A stretch of DNA of 64,000 bases. Source: Podarcis pityusensis (Eukaryota). The stretch lies in the NCBI GenBank assembly GCA_964106645.2, contig OZ067042.1, one strand, 5' to 3'. The position numbers and the translations under genes were made by a program. Below the pieces are notes generated by a model. That model was not told the DNA's origin. It did not search any database and was given only the letters and a program-made list of their open reading frames with translations. Below, in pieces: positions 1 through 12,001 of this stretch (positions are counted from its first letter, which is position 1; the number at the start of each line of letters is the position of its first letter).

Positions 1-662
1 CTGATTCCTCTTCCAGCTAAATAGGCTACAGGCAGTATAAATGGAAATGACAGCATATGCAGCACACACTCACCTGTGCTTTTAGTACAGCAACCCCCCC
101 CAACACACAAATATATGTGAATGCAATGCGTCTCTTTCCTGATGTGTGCACAGATGTGACATGGTGCACGTAAATGAATATCAAGTTCAGACCCACGCAG
201 TACACAACCAGGCACATGCATGCATACATAGCACCACATGTATTATGTGCATAGAACTGTAGATACAGCACACACACTGATCTACCTTGGGCATGCAAAT
301 GCAGCCATAGGTATAGCTTTGAAAATTGGTTTTATTTGCCTGTTTGCTGGTTTACGTTTTTATTTAAAATAGTTGTATACCGCCCTTCATGAAAATGGAT
401 TTCAGGGTGGTTTATATAAAAAATTCAACAACCAGAGAAAAATACATTAAACACACCCGAAACCACTTCTGAGTAGCAAGAAACAGTTAAGTGACAATAC
501 TTAAACAAACATTTAGGCACATTTAATGTTGAGTGGCATATCCTCTGACTTCTCACATCTGTTTCTTTTTCTTGCCCATCCCAAGGGTCCTCTTTCCTTC
601 TTCTTCTTTAACCCCTCCCCTCTCCTGCCTGTTCCACTACTCAACTTAAAGCCCCTCCAAGT

Positions 663-752
663 CATAGCTGTCAACTTTTCCCTTTTCTTGCGAGGAATCC
701 TATTCAGAATAAGGGAATTTCCCTTTAAAAAAGGGAAACGTTGACAGCTATG
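663..752. mobile_element. 90-bp hAT-type MITE
   Basis: 24-bp TIRs (catagctgtcaac-t-tttccctttt / aaaagggaaa-c-gttgacagctatg); 8-bp TSD ctccaagt/ctccaagg. Confidence 0.8.
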
Positions 753-1074
753 CTCCAAGGGTGTCTGCCCCAGAACTCTCCTGGAAACAATAATCTCTTT
801 AACCCCTTCTATGTCGAGTGGCCTCCAAAGTGGATCCATCTACATCCTACCAATCAGAGATGAAAGTGTCTCAAGTTCAAGACAGTGCAATATTGAGAAC
901 CATTGGCGGAGCATTGAATGTTCTTCTGGCAAAGCCCTGACTTCCTTTCGCGCTTCTTTGGGCTCTTTTCGAGAATGATAAAGGAAAACTGCCCACAAAA
1001 CCCCTGAAATGCTCCAAAGCGAGCAGTTTCTAGCCTCTCCGTTTGTTAAACAACCCTCATTTCCCTTTTGACAG

Positions 1075-1214
1075 GTGTTCCTGCGTGGATGGATTTGAAG
1101 GTCCAACCTGCAGTCTAAGGACCAACAACTGCAACAATAACAATTGCAAGAACGGTGCCACATGCATTAATGGATCCAGCAATTACACATGCTTATGCCT
1201 TCCGTTCTTCACAG
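1075..1214 (+). CDS. SLIT1: SLIT1 internal coding exon (EGF repeats: CSCVDGFEGPTC...CLCLPFFT)
   Basis: Acceptor ttcccttttgacag|G and donor ACAG|gtaggg; EGF cysteine spacing; phase matches the next exon. Confidence 0.93.
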
Positions 1215-1747
1215 GTAGGGCCAGGCTTGTAATGGAGGCGGATGCACGTGAAGAGAAGCAGAAGAGAGCTAAGGTAGCAAAGCACAAACTTATAAGCTGG
1301 TCAGTGCCAGAGGCAGGTTTATCCTAAGGATCTGACTACAGTGCCCAACATTTACTTTTTTTACTTTAGTGGTAGCACCTCTTCTCCACCAATACCTGAA
1401 GATACCCCAATGCATTTTTTAAAAACTAACTCTAGCTTCCCAAGTAGTAGTTCCCACTTCCCTGCCAGGTTAGTATCTAGCCCGGGAACAATAGTGTCTT
1501 TCCCTGAACAATAGAATGAGATCCACCTATACCCTGGTTGAATACTGAGTCATGGGTTTGGGAGTTAGATACAAATAACAGCATTCTGGGCTGAAGCATG
1601 AGACTATAAATATTTAATTTTAAATTATTTCATAAAATGTATTGTCAAAAGAAAAACCACCCCTCAAAGTAGTTTGGCATCTATTGTATGAATGGAAGTT
1701 TGCCATACCTTATCTCACAGTGCTTCTAGTGGGCTGCCCATAAGATA

Positions 1748-1841
1748 GGGTTGCCATACGTCTGGAATTTCCTGGACATATCCGGAATATTGTAGTACAT
1801 CCCGCTAAGTTGTCCGGGAAAATCTGGACGTATGGCAGCCC
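1748..1841. mobile_element. Short MITE with GGGTTGCCA termini (hAT-like)
   Basis: 31-bp imperfect TIRs at 1748-1778 and 1811-1841 (5 mismatches); no clear TSD. Confidence 0.65.
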
Positions 1842-2162
1842 ATGATGGCAGTGTCGTTTTTGCTGATTTTCTTAAAAACTAACTTAAAAACTTCATGTGA
1901 AAGCTCAACAACTTTGGGCAAACTAAGAAAAGCTCAATAACTTTGCGGGTCCAGATTTTCACTGTTTGAAATATAGAAACCCTCCCATAAGTTGTTGATT
2001 CTGTTGCACAAATGCAAGTGATGGGACAGCAAAGGTTGTTCTTCCTCGTTCCTTCCCTTCCCTGCCCTTTCCTTGGGGGAGCTGGTTCAGCCAAATGCAG
2101 ACTGGGCCTGGGGGACATGGGGCCTGAGCCTGCTTCTCTCTACTTTTCTCTCCTTCCTGCAG

Positions 2163-2256
2163 GGACTTACTGTGAGCAGCTAATGGATGTCTGCTCCCTG
2201 GAGCTTAGCCCCTGCCAGCATGATGCCGTGTGCAGGGTTACCCCTGATGGGCCCAA
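2163..2256 (+). CDS. SLIT1: SLIT1 coding exon (EGF: GTYCEQLMDVC...PDGPK)
   Basis: Acceptor tccttcctgcag| and donor AA|gtgagt; frame continuous with flanking exons. Confidence 0.93.
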
Positions 2257-2409
2257 GTGAGTGATTTAGCAGCTACCATGGTGGCATGGGGGGAAGCAGA
2301 AAAATTTAAACCTACAGCAAACCAGGGGAAGTGCAATAGACTTCTAAAGTGGATAGGAAAGGGATGCAGCTACAGCCAGTGAGTGGCTTCTCCCTGTCCC
2401 TGCCTACAG

Positions 2410-2547
2410 GTGTGAATGCATGCCCGGCTTTGTGGGAGATAATTGCAGTGTAGACTATGACGACTGCCTAGACCATCGCTGCCAGAACAACGCCAAGTGC
2501 TTTGATGAGCCAAATGGGTATTCCTGCCTTTGTACTGGAGGCTACAG
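2410..2547 (+). CDS. SLIT1: SLIT1 coding exon (Ca-binding EGF: [19 protein letters not shown]...GGYS)
   Basis: Acceptor cctacag|G and donor AG|gtaagg; translated by hand because this frame is not in the ORF track. Confidence 0.93.
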
Positions 2548-3874
2548 GTAAGGTTGTGAGATGGGCAGGAGTATATACCAGTTCATCTCATTCTAAGCTA
2601 CCTGCAAATCTCAACACCTGGGATTGCCCTCTACTGGAAGAGTCCCTCTTCCACAAGGGTGGCTGGGAGAAAAAGGTACAACAAAAAGAGTGATCAGTTG
2701 TTACCAGAAGTGTCAAACAGTGATCAGTTTTAAGAGCCTGGCTGTTTCCAGAGTTGTTTGACTGCGCTTACGAGATTAAAAGAATGCATCTCACATTTGC
2801 TGGGACTTTGTACCACACAAGGAGTTACATGCCTCGTGTGAATTGCTCTGCCCACCAAGGAGACGAGACAAGTTGTTCTGAACATCCTGGCAAAAGTAGT
2901 TCCTGTATATAGGGAAGTAATGTACAGAGATATGCGACATAGCTCTGTCCTGCAGCTGAGGTCAGCTTAAAAGACTTGGGGCACATGCCCATGATATAAG
3001 CCTGCATAAATGTAGAATGCCTCTGGGCAAGTTAAGAGGGTGGCAGGGCCAGCTCACCCATGAGACAAGGTGAGGCAAATGCCTCAGGTGGCCGGATCCA
3101 CTGGGCAGTGGATTCAGCCTCAAAGGGATGCTGTGGTGGCAGCAACAGCTATGGTGTACTCCTTGGAGGGCAGATCTCCTCAACACCCCCCTCCCACATG
3201 CCACCTCTACAGTGACTAGGGAGAAAATGGTGGGGGCTGCCCTCTGGGCATGATTAAGAGTGAGCTTCACCCCACACACAATGGCCTTTGATTCCCACTT
3301 CAACCATCCAGTAAGGTTGACTTGATACTCTCTATGTTCCTGCTGTAGATCTTCACTCACCCTTTCTTCCCTGGTTGCGGGGGGGGAGCACACCATTTTG
3401 TGGTTCACCTCAGGTGCTAAAATGTATTGGGCTGGCCCTGTCTCCTGGACCACGCCATAACGACACTCCTGGCCAAAGATATTCTGGTTTTCTTTATGGG
3501 TGAAGAAGCAGAAGAAGCAAACTGAGTAAAGTGTGTCAGTTTTCCCTTGGGATTCAGGGCGGTGTGATGACTTGTATGTCACTTGAGTACTTGCCTTGTC
3601 CCATTCACTTGATGCCCCAGTGCAGTGAACTGAAGTGCTTTTAGTGTGCAGGCACAAACAGGGACCAGGAAAGATCATGGGTCAACACACATGCATGTGA
3701 TTCCAGGCACATTTTACTCAGCCTCTGGGAAGAGGAAAATCAGAGGAGGGCACACTGCCTTAAAACTGTATGAGTGCCACAGGGTCCAGCTGTGGTCCTG
3801 CTAAGACCCTGTGGTGTTATCCCCAAGTTGCCTCCCGCAATTTGTGCCTTGTTGTGTTCTCACTCTTATCATAG

Positions 3875-4112
3875 TGGCCAGCTCTGTGAGATTCCACCCC
3901 ATGGCTCCCTCCAACCCAGCCCATGCGAGAGGGCAGAATGCCAGAATGGTGCCAACTGTGTGGAGCTAGGCAGTCGTGCCTTATGCCAGTGCCTTCCTGG
4001 CTTTGGGGGGCCCAAATGCGAGAAGCTGCTGAGTGTCAACTTTGTGGACAGGGACACGTACCTCCAGTTCACTGACCTGCAAAACTGGCCCAGCGCCAAC
4101 ATCACTTTGCAG
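3875..4112 (+). CDS. SLIT1: SLIT1 coding exon (EGF6 and start of laminin-G: [23 protein letters not shown])
   Basis: Acceptor tatcatag| and donor CAG|gtaagt; peptide matches SLIT1 rather than SLIT2/3. Confidence 0.95.
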
Positions 4113-4259
4113 GTAAGTGTTGATGAGCAAGGCTGCCGCCTCCGCCACCCCTAGAGCGGGCATCTGCCCACACTCTTCATCCGTGCCATTTGTGGGACTG
4201 GTTGGATTGTAGAATTAATGTTTCTGCCCCTTGCTTGTTCATTCCCTCGTTCTCTGCAG

Positions 4260-4390
4260 GTCTCCACGGCTGAAGACAATGGGATCCTCTTATATAATGG
4301 GGACACTGACCACATGGCGGTGGAGCTGTACCAAGGCCATGTGCGCGTCAGCTATGATCCAGGCACCTACCCCAGCTCTGCCATTTACAG
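4260..4390 (+). CDS. SLIT1: SLIT1 coding exon (laminin-G: [15 protein letters not shown]...SAIYS)
   Basis: Acceptor tctctgcag|G and donor AG|gtagcc; LamG GILLY motif. Confidence 0.95.
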
Positions 4391-4660
4391 GTAGCCCTCT
4401 GCCTTTGGCTTCTCCTTCCAGCTCAGAGTTACCCCCAGTCATTGAGCAAAGCTGTACATTGACCATGAAGGCAAAAGGAAGGGTTTGGGGGTCTGGATCG
4501 TGGGGAGTTAGTGCAGAAGTGACAGGGAACACAAGGCAAAGTGGATATGGGTGCTGCACTTCCATGCTGGATGGGTGCAGATGGCTGTGGATGCCAGATA
4601 TCAGGCCCAAGGTTGGGTGCCACCAGCCTTTCCCATCCCACACCTCCCTTCTCTCCCTAG

Positions 4661-4815
4661 TGCAGAGACCATCAATGACGGGCAGTTCCACACTGTAGAG
4701 CTGGTGACCTTTGAGCGGATGGTAAACCTCTCCATCGATGGAGGAGACCCCATGACCATGGACGGCTTTGGCAAGGCCCACACGCTGAACTCTGAGGCTC
4801 CACTCTATGTTGGGG
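4661..4815 (+). CDS. SLIT1: SLIT1 coding exon (laminin-G: [14 protein letters not shown]...APLYVG)
   Basis: Acceptor ctctccctag| and donor G|gtagga; LamG NDGxxH and LYVGG motifs. Confidence 0.95.
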
Positions 4816-5243
4816 GTAGGACTGTGACTTGGGCCCAATCCAGTTGGGGAGAAGGGGGTGAGAGAGGCTGGTATCTCTGTCACCTACATGCTTGCACCTG
4901 GAGGGCACTAACTGAACGGAGAACTCCTTCACTCTTCTTAGCTCATGTCCATTGGGTAGTATTGATGCAAGAGGAACGTTTCTGTTCAGTTCTCTCCAGG
5001 GTGGGGTGTCTGAGCTCATACTGCAGGGCACTAAGAGCCAAGTGCCAAACTGAGGAGGAGTGATGGGCGCTGTGGGAGAGGGGAGAGGGGAGAGAAACAG
5101 AAGAAGGTGGCTCTTAACATTCCACACAGCATTCCAGAATAAGGAATGCTCTTTTCCTTCCACCAGCACCATCTCTCTTTGCCCCTTGCTCTTCCCTCCT
5201 CTTCCTGCCCCTTACCTTGCTGTTCTTGCTCTCCCCTCCGCAG

Positions 5244-5532
5244 GGATGCCCGTGGATGTGAACTCTGCCGCCTTCCGCCTCTGGCAGATCCTGAATGGCT
5301 CCAGCTTCCATGGCTGCATCCGCAACCTCTACATCAACAACGAGCTGCAGGACTTCACTAAGACGCAGATGAAGCCGGGGGTGGTGCCTGGCTGTGAGCC
5401 TTGCCGCAAGCTCTACTGCCTGCATGGCATTTGCCAACCCAACACCCCTCATGGCCCCATTTGCCACTGTGATCCAGGCTGGGTCGGGCCCCATTGCGAC
5501 CAGCCCGTTAGCAACCCCTGCCAGGGCCACAA
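5244..5532 (+). CDS. SLIT1: SLIT1 coding exon (end of laminin-[12 protein letters not shown], plus EGF7)
   Basis: Acceptor cctccgcag| and donor AA|gtgagt. Confidence 0.95.
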
Positions 5533-6118
5533 GTGAGTACACAGCAGCAGAATCCCCCTCCACCCTTTCCTTGTGGGCTTCTTCTCTCACTGCAGTGCTG
5601 TGTGCAAGATGGAGAGCGTGTGGGGAGGGACTGCAGCTCAGTGGGATTGCAGCTCCCTGTGTTCCTAAGTGTGACTGGAACTGCATCTTGTGGGCTCTGA
5701 TGGGCAGTATTTTGCCTCTCCTGTTTGCTCATCTCTGATGAGGCAGGGCAGGCAGGGCATTTATGACTGTAGCAACAAAAGCAGAAATTAGTTGTTTCTA
5801 AAGCCCACCACAGGGGCATAGGTTTGGGAACAGCGTTCAAGAACAGCACATACCATATACCAACTCCTCCTTCACCTTTAAAGCAGCCTCAATAAAGCTG
5901 TACTTGTGTGTTTGGAGGATAAGGAAAGCTGGGGAGTCAGTGAGAACGCTCCTCCTGTCTCACTTCTTTGTATTTCTAAGATGATGTTGGAGAAGCCAGG
6001 GTGCACAGAGAATCTTGCAGGTCCTTCCTATGTTAAATGCTGCTTCTAGAAGATGGTGGCCTAACTGCAACCTTTTGAATTCACCTATATTTAGCTTTAT
6101 GTTTCACTCATTCTACAG

Positions 6119-6330
6119 GTGCGTCCATGGAATCTGCATGCCCCTTGATGCCCTCTCCTATAGTTGCCAGTGTCAGGATGGCTACAAGGGAGCCTTGTGC
6201 AACCAGCAAGGGGAACTCCACAACCCATGCAAGAGCTTGCAGTGTGTTCATGGTCAGTGCCAGATCTCAGACACAGGCGAGGCCTTCTGTGAATGCAACG
6301 GGGGATTTGATGGCGACCTCTGTGACCAAG
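6119..6330 (+). CDS. SLIT1: SLIT1 coding exon (EGF8-9)
   Basis: Acceptor ttctacag|G and donor CAAG|gtcagg; two EGF cysteine patterns. Confidence 0.94.
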
Positions 6331-7006
6331 GTCAGGCACATCTCCCTTTCTTCCTTACATTCCCATGTGCCGCATAGCTAAGGACCCCTGAGGGCCCTTC
6401 CCTGATAAGACACCTGGGCCTCTACCTCAGCTGCCGTATTGTGTTAAGCCAGGTATGCCCACCGTGGGCAGAAGAAACCCCAGCCAGGGCGACCTTAGAT
6501 GCTATTTCTTGCCCAGCCTCTTCCCCTAGTAAGTTTTCTAACAACTGTAGACCCCCATCCCTTCTGTTGCACCAGCTATAAATGGGAATTTGAAATTCTG
6601 TGGTCCCACAAAACAGCCAGTGTTGTACATCCCAGTACAATATCATTGCACTCTTCTTCCAGACACTATAGCCACAACTTTGTAAGGGAGCATGAGCAAC
6701 TGAGCCACAAATTCTTGATTCCCCAACCCCACCCCACCCCCCGTCCTGCCTCTCTGTCCTCTCCTTCCATTGACAAAAAGCAAGACCAGTTTTGCAGGAC
6801 CCCCTTCCAACCAGATAAGGGACAGATAAGATTTTTTTCTACCTGTCCCTAACCATTCAAAAGGCAAGATCATTCATCATAGTATGCTTATAGAATGCCC
6901 AGTTTTTTGAGTTGACCTTCACCAGAACCCCAAGCATGATGTATAATGAAGGCTTTCTCAGAGGAGCCTCCTTGCCTGACTTCCCTCTTCCTAATGTTTT
7001 CCCTAG

Positions 7007-7245
7007 AGTCGGAGTGTCGGGGTGAGGCCGTGCGAGACTTCCACCAGGTCCAGCGAGGCTATGCCATTTGCCAGACAACCCGGCCTGTCTCCTGGGTGGA
7101 GTGCCGGGGATCATGCCCAGGGCCAGGATGCTGTGCAGGACTGCGCCTCAAGCGAAGGAAATACACCTTTGAGTGCAGTGATGGTTCTTCCTTTGTGGAG
7201 GAGGTGGAAAAACCCAGCAAATGCGGCTGTTCCCAGTGCATGTAG
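7007..7245 (+). CDS. SLIT1: SLIT1 terminal coding exon (C-terminal cystine knot)
   Basis: Acceptor tttccctag|; encodes [30 protein letters not shown]; TAG at 7243-7245. Confidence 0.96.
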
Positions 7246-9748
7246 CCTCCAGCAAGGGACAGGCCAGAGCCAGAGACAAGTGGGCCAGGCCTGCCCTGAC
7301 AGAGGCCTTGGGAACACCCTTGCCATCTCCTCTTGCCCCTGTTGCTGCTTGGAAGAGGGGTGGGGCAGGGCTCTCAGTTTGGCAACGGAGCATCTCCTTT
7401 GGCATGGTGACAATGGCTCTTCTGGATGGACCAGACAAAGGTGTAGATAGAAGACTTTTGCTGGGAAATCCAGCCCAACAGATGTATTTATATCCAGCAC
7501 AGACTCTATCTGGGGCCACTACTTGTGCACAATACGGATTCTTAGCAAGCCTGGCCATGCCTGTTTGTTTTGCCCAGTGTGGTGCCCTGAGAGGCCATGC
7601 CCACAGCTCATGCCTAGACACGGGATCCTGCCATTTCATATCTTGTCATTTTACCTGATGTTAGACCCTGCTATCCTGCACCATGTCTGTCTTTTTTCTC
7701 CTTTTCTTTTGGCAGTTTTGTTTTTTCTCTTGTTGAATACCCACCTGTTCCTATTCCTACTGGCTGCTCGTTGCAACCTCATCTTCTGTTTATAGGACTA
7801 AATTGCAAGTAATGCAGAGGCAGTACCCGGGGCAAAGGCAGGAGGATTGTGTGCTGCAGAATTAGCAAAGTTAAAATCCCTTAGGTGAATGGGAAGCGTT
7901 TGTATGAACAGTTGCCTCCTATACCGGATGGTTGCAAGGTAATGGTATTTAAAAACAGCTTAACCTTGGAGCTGCAGTCTGGTCTCAACTAATAGCAAAA
8001 AGGAGCCACGCTTGCTCCACGTTGAATGATCCACCAGCATTAACAGGACTTACCACCACTTCCCTAATTTTGAAATCCTATACTCACTTAGCTGGGAGTA
8101 AGCACCATTGAACACAATGAGACTTAACTGCCAAGTAAGCATGATCTTGTTGCATGAGGGCTGGAGAAACCTTGGCTAGCAGTCTTCCTGTTGTACCTCT
8201 GCTGGATGGGACAGGGAGACTTTCATGTCCCCAGTTATAAAGCCAGCCATCTCATTGATTTGAGGGCAGCAACAAGGACAGACATAGTTTTCTCTGGTTC
8301 TGCCTAGATCACTGCCTTTCTACACCGCAAAATCTGTCTTCTGCCCAAATGCCATCTGGTTTGCTGTAATTAAAAGTCTGGATATTTTCAGAGTGGTGCC
8401 TGTTCTGCAACTCAACGTCTGTGAACTCGAGAATAATCATTTTCATACCCATCATGCTCACTTTCACCTGCCTTTTAGAACGGGAGGGGGGGGAATGAAT
8501 TGCATGTGTCTCTTGCACTGTTTACTGTAGCATTACTCTTCATACGCCAGGCCCACCCACGAAGTACCGTTGCCCTCTTGTAATGGGTTGTGGGGTTGGG
8601 TATATCAGCCACCGCCTGCAATAAAAGCTGAAGCACAGGCTTCCAAAGCAAGTGCTATAGATTATTTGCTCAGGTGGGGTTAGGCCTGGGCCACAGCATC
8701 AGAAGAAATAAGATGGCTCTTTAAGATAAACTAAGCTGACAGTACCTTCTTTTGCTATGTTTCCAAATCCCTGTTTGATAGAGTTTTTATGCTAGACCCT
8801 GGAGAATAGAGCTGCAAATTGGTCAAAGACACTTTTGATCTAACTTATTCTTGCAGAGAAAAAGTAGTTTGCACTTATCACCACTAGCTACTGACCAATA
8901 ATTAGAAGTAAAACCATTAGAGTTGCGGGGGGTGGGGTGGGGGGAGAAACACCAAACCAGATTCCTTCAAATTCTGCACATGAAAAGTTATTATCTCTGA
9001 TCTATATGCACTATGTTAATTAAGCAAATCTGAAGATTATTTGCAGAGTTTGCTCTGCTTCTCTTGGTTGGGAGGAGAAAAGAAATAGCACACAGAAGCT
9101 GCCATGTCCCAACCACTGGAAATGCTACTCACCCAGCCTGGGTTTTTGAGACTTCCATCAGACAGAGGCTTTAAAGTGTGTAGGAGACACTTGAAGTCTT
9201 GAAACAACTTTGTTAAAAAAAAATCGAGATGATATTCTCAGGATGCAGAATTTTCACCCAGTAGTCATGCCAGAATCCAGTTGCTGAGAAACAACGCGCT
9301 CTCCGGTACAAGCCTGGAGGCCTTGGCTGTACATGTGTTCTTGTTTCCAGGGCAACCTCAGCCAGATGCTTGTTCCCTGAAACTTATGGATCATGTTTCC
9401 TATGGTGGGGGGGAAGTTTCCCTCCTAAAAGGTAGAGCTACTTGCCTGGAAGCATCTGGTACATGTAATCTCAAGGTTGCAGGTTTCTAGGAGGTACATT
9501 GGATATGGGAGAAATAAAAGGGTAGCATCTCGGGATACCCCCTAGTATAAAACAATTGGTTATTAGAAGCACAGGTTTTCAACTATATACTACATTATGG
9601 GTAAAACCAGCAGCAAGGAGGCTATCCTTTGCTCCTGCAGAGAATCAAATGGATTGCTAGTTGCAGGGGCTTCTACAGGGGCTCCCACCTTGTATCTCTC
9701 TGTGTGCGCTAGTCATGCAGAACCTGCTAACTCTTCCATTGCTGCAGG

Positions 9749-9864
9749 TTAAGAGACAGAAACTTGACAACCATATGTCAGGAGTGCTCTGATGGTGTTT
9801 CCTGCTTGGCAGGGGGTTGGACTCGATGGCCCTTGTGGTCTCTTCCAACTCTATGATTCTATGA
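9749..9864 (+). mobile_element. CR1 LINE 3' end fragment
   Basis: ggttggactcgatggcccttgtggtctcttccaactctatgattctatga is the typical CR1 3' terminus with an ATTCTATG tail. Confidence 0.8.
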
Positions 9865-10283
9865 AACTACATGACAGCAGGGCATAAGTTGCCTTGCTAG
9901 TACTAAAAGCCTTGACTGGTGACTTTTGCAGACAGGTACAGCATGAAACTCTGTTAACATAACAGGATCTGCGGGGCCATTTAAATCTGCAGCCATTCTT
10001 TCATATTCTGGTTTTGCCATCTTAAGTATTTTTCATTTCTATTTATTATAGAAACCTCAAGAATGTTAAATGTATTTTTCTTCACACTGAGAATGTGCAG
10101 CTTTTAAACTTCCATTTGTAAGGTTCCTAAACAAGTTCAATTACACAAAATAAACTAATTAGGGTTTTTGGAATTTCTTATGACTTCACATTTCCAATTA
10201 TAGCCATTACACGTATCAAACGGAAAGTATCTTATGTCAGATTTTTTTTAAACTGTGCCTGCCACTGCAGTCCATACTTTGGT

Positions 10284-10289
10284 AATAAA
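10284..10289 (+). terminator. Candidate SLIT1 polyadenylation signal
   Basis: AATAAA followed by a GU/U-rich tract (tattgggtattgtttgg); other candidates at 8620, 10149 and 12009. Confidence 0.35.
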
Positions 10290-11995
10290 GTAGATTATAT
10301 TGGGTATTGTTTGGTAGCCATATGCTGCAGAGGGCATTGCTTGATGTTCACTGTTCATTTTGTCCGTCATGTACCAAAGTAAGTTTACACTTGCAATGTT
10401 ATCTCAACCAAGTGGCAACACCTTCCACTTATCACCATACTTGAATGAAGATTGTACCAAGCTTTTGCTTGTTTACTGCTGGCTTTGAACCTCCCAGTGA
10501 TCAGAACAAAGTGTTTTGGTGCCTACAGGGAGGGTAGCATCAAAAACCCAATTGGTGCAACCTTCAGGGGCAGCTCATGGAAAGGGTACTCGGCAATTGT
10601 GTGAAATGTCGTCTTTTGTCACCTGTTGTAAGCTAACAGCTGAAGTAGGTTTTTATACATAATACTTAGATTCTTATATATATTAATATATTTGTATTTG
10701 GTATAGTATTTTTCTATGCTGTAAGGATGTCAGACAGCATTTCTCTGTTCTTGGCAGGTGCTTCTCTGTCAGATGAAAACCGGCATCATTGGTTTTAGTA
10801 ACTGAGGTTTGTGATTCTTGCCACGCTTTTAATGATCTGAGTTTATGATGACTCAAGTGAGGGAACTCAAAATTGTCCCTCCTTTAGAAACAGCAGAATT
10901 GATTTAGTTGTTTTTTAAAAAAACTACCAGTGTTGTCGTCCATGTGAACATGACATTAATTTAGCCACGTGGATTGTCTTTTCTTTCCCCATAGAAAAAT
11001 ATAATAGGCTTGTCTCCCTCTCCCAGAACAATGGCCCAAATTAAACCTGCTGTTATTCAGTTTTCTCAGAAAAGAAAATTAGAGGGTCACTTCAATACAG
11101 GTCATGGCACTTTTCTTTTTTTCAACAATCACACTTGAGAAGGGGGCAGTCATCTCCTTCAGTTCTGTACTCTAGGAAAGTACTTGGTCCACAGCTTAAA
11201 CACACCAAATTTTGCTCCTTAAGCAGCACTTGGACATAAAACAAACCACTAACTTGCAACTGGGTTTTAAAAGCCCCACTTCTGACAGGCTTAAACAACC
11301 CTTGGACCTTAGGCATGTAAGAGGAAGTGTGGCACTGACATGGGATTGGTAGTCTATTTCTGAGGTAGCTGGACCTGTTTCAGACTTGTACTTGAGCTTC
11401 TAGGTGCTGCTCCCACCAACTGATTTTATCCAAATTCTCCCGCACCTCACAAATGAGAGGCTGGGTAGGAGCTTGTTCAGGAGAAGTGGGACACATTGAG
11501 CTACACCTTTGCTCTTGTATAGCCAGTGTGTGGCAATTAGGTAGGTGCAACCACACCTGGCTGGCAATAGTGCCAAAATAGCGCCTCCTCACACACACCG
11601 ACAATGTGGTATCGAACCCAGCCTAAGCACGAAGAGCCAAGCACAGAGAAATGGGTCAACTAGGAGAGGAAGACTGGTGTCAAAAACGGTGCAGAGCCTA
11701 CCTCTGCTGAAGCTAGGGCAATGACCAGGCTCTGAAGTTCCTACCCAAACTTACTGGTTTCTTTTGGAGAGCCAGCCTGCTGTAGACCAGGTCAAAGACA
11801 ACACCCACATGGGAGTGGTAGCTAACAAGGCAATCTTTCCATCTTCCAACAGTTCATTGTTTGGTGACATCCTTCACAATTGTGTATATGTCCTGATAAC
11901 TTCCAAAAGCAGCAATTGAGATGGCTCATCAACATGTCTCGTCTTTGCACATCAAACTATAATCACACCACACCAGTACTGATATAAAAGAAATG

Positions 11996-12001
11996 TTTAA
12001 T
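11996..12001 (-). terminator. Candidate polyadenylation signal of the LCOR/PALI1 long 3'UTR
   Basis: Minus strand reads ATTAAA-catttcttttatatCA-gtactGGTGTGGTGTGATT (hexamer, CA cleavage site, GU-rich downstream element); a second AATAAA with an upstream TGTATATA lies at 12282-12287. Confidence 0.5.

Noticed and set aside
2962-3678. 238-aa minus-strand ORF in a SLIT1 intron
   Set aside because: No recognisable domain or family; consistent with a chance ORF in GC-rich intron
1075-7245. SLIT2/SLIT3 or Notch/Crumbs identity for the EGF-LamG exons
   Set aside because: The cystine-knot terminus, SLIT1-type LamG sequence and tail-to-tail adjacency to LCOR all indicate SLIT1
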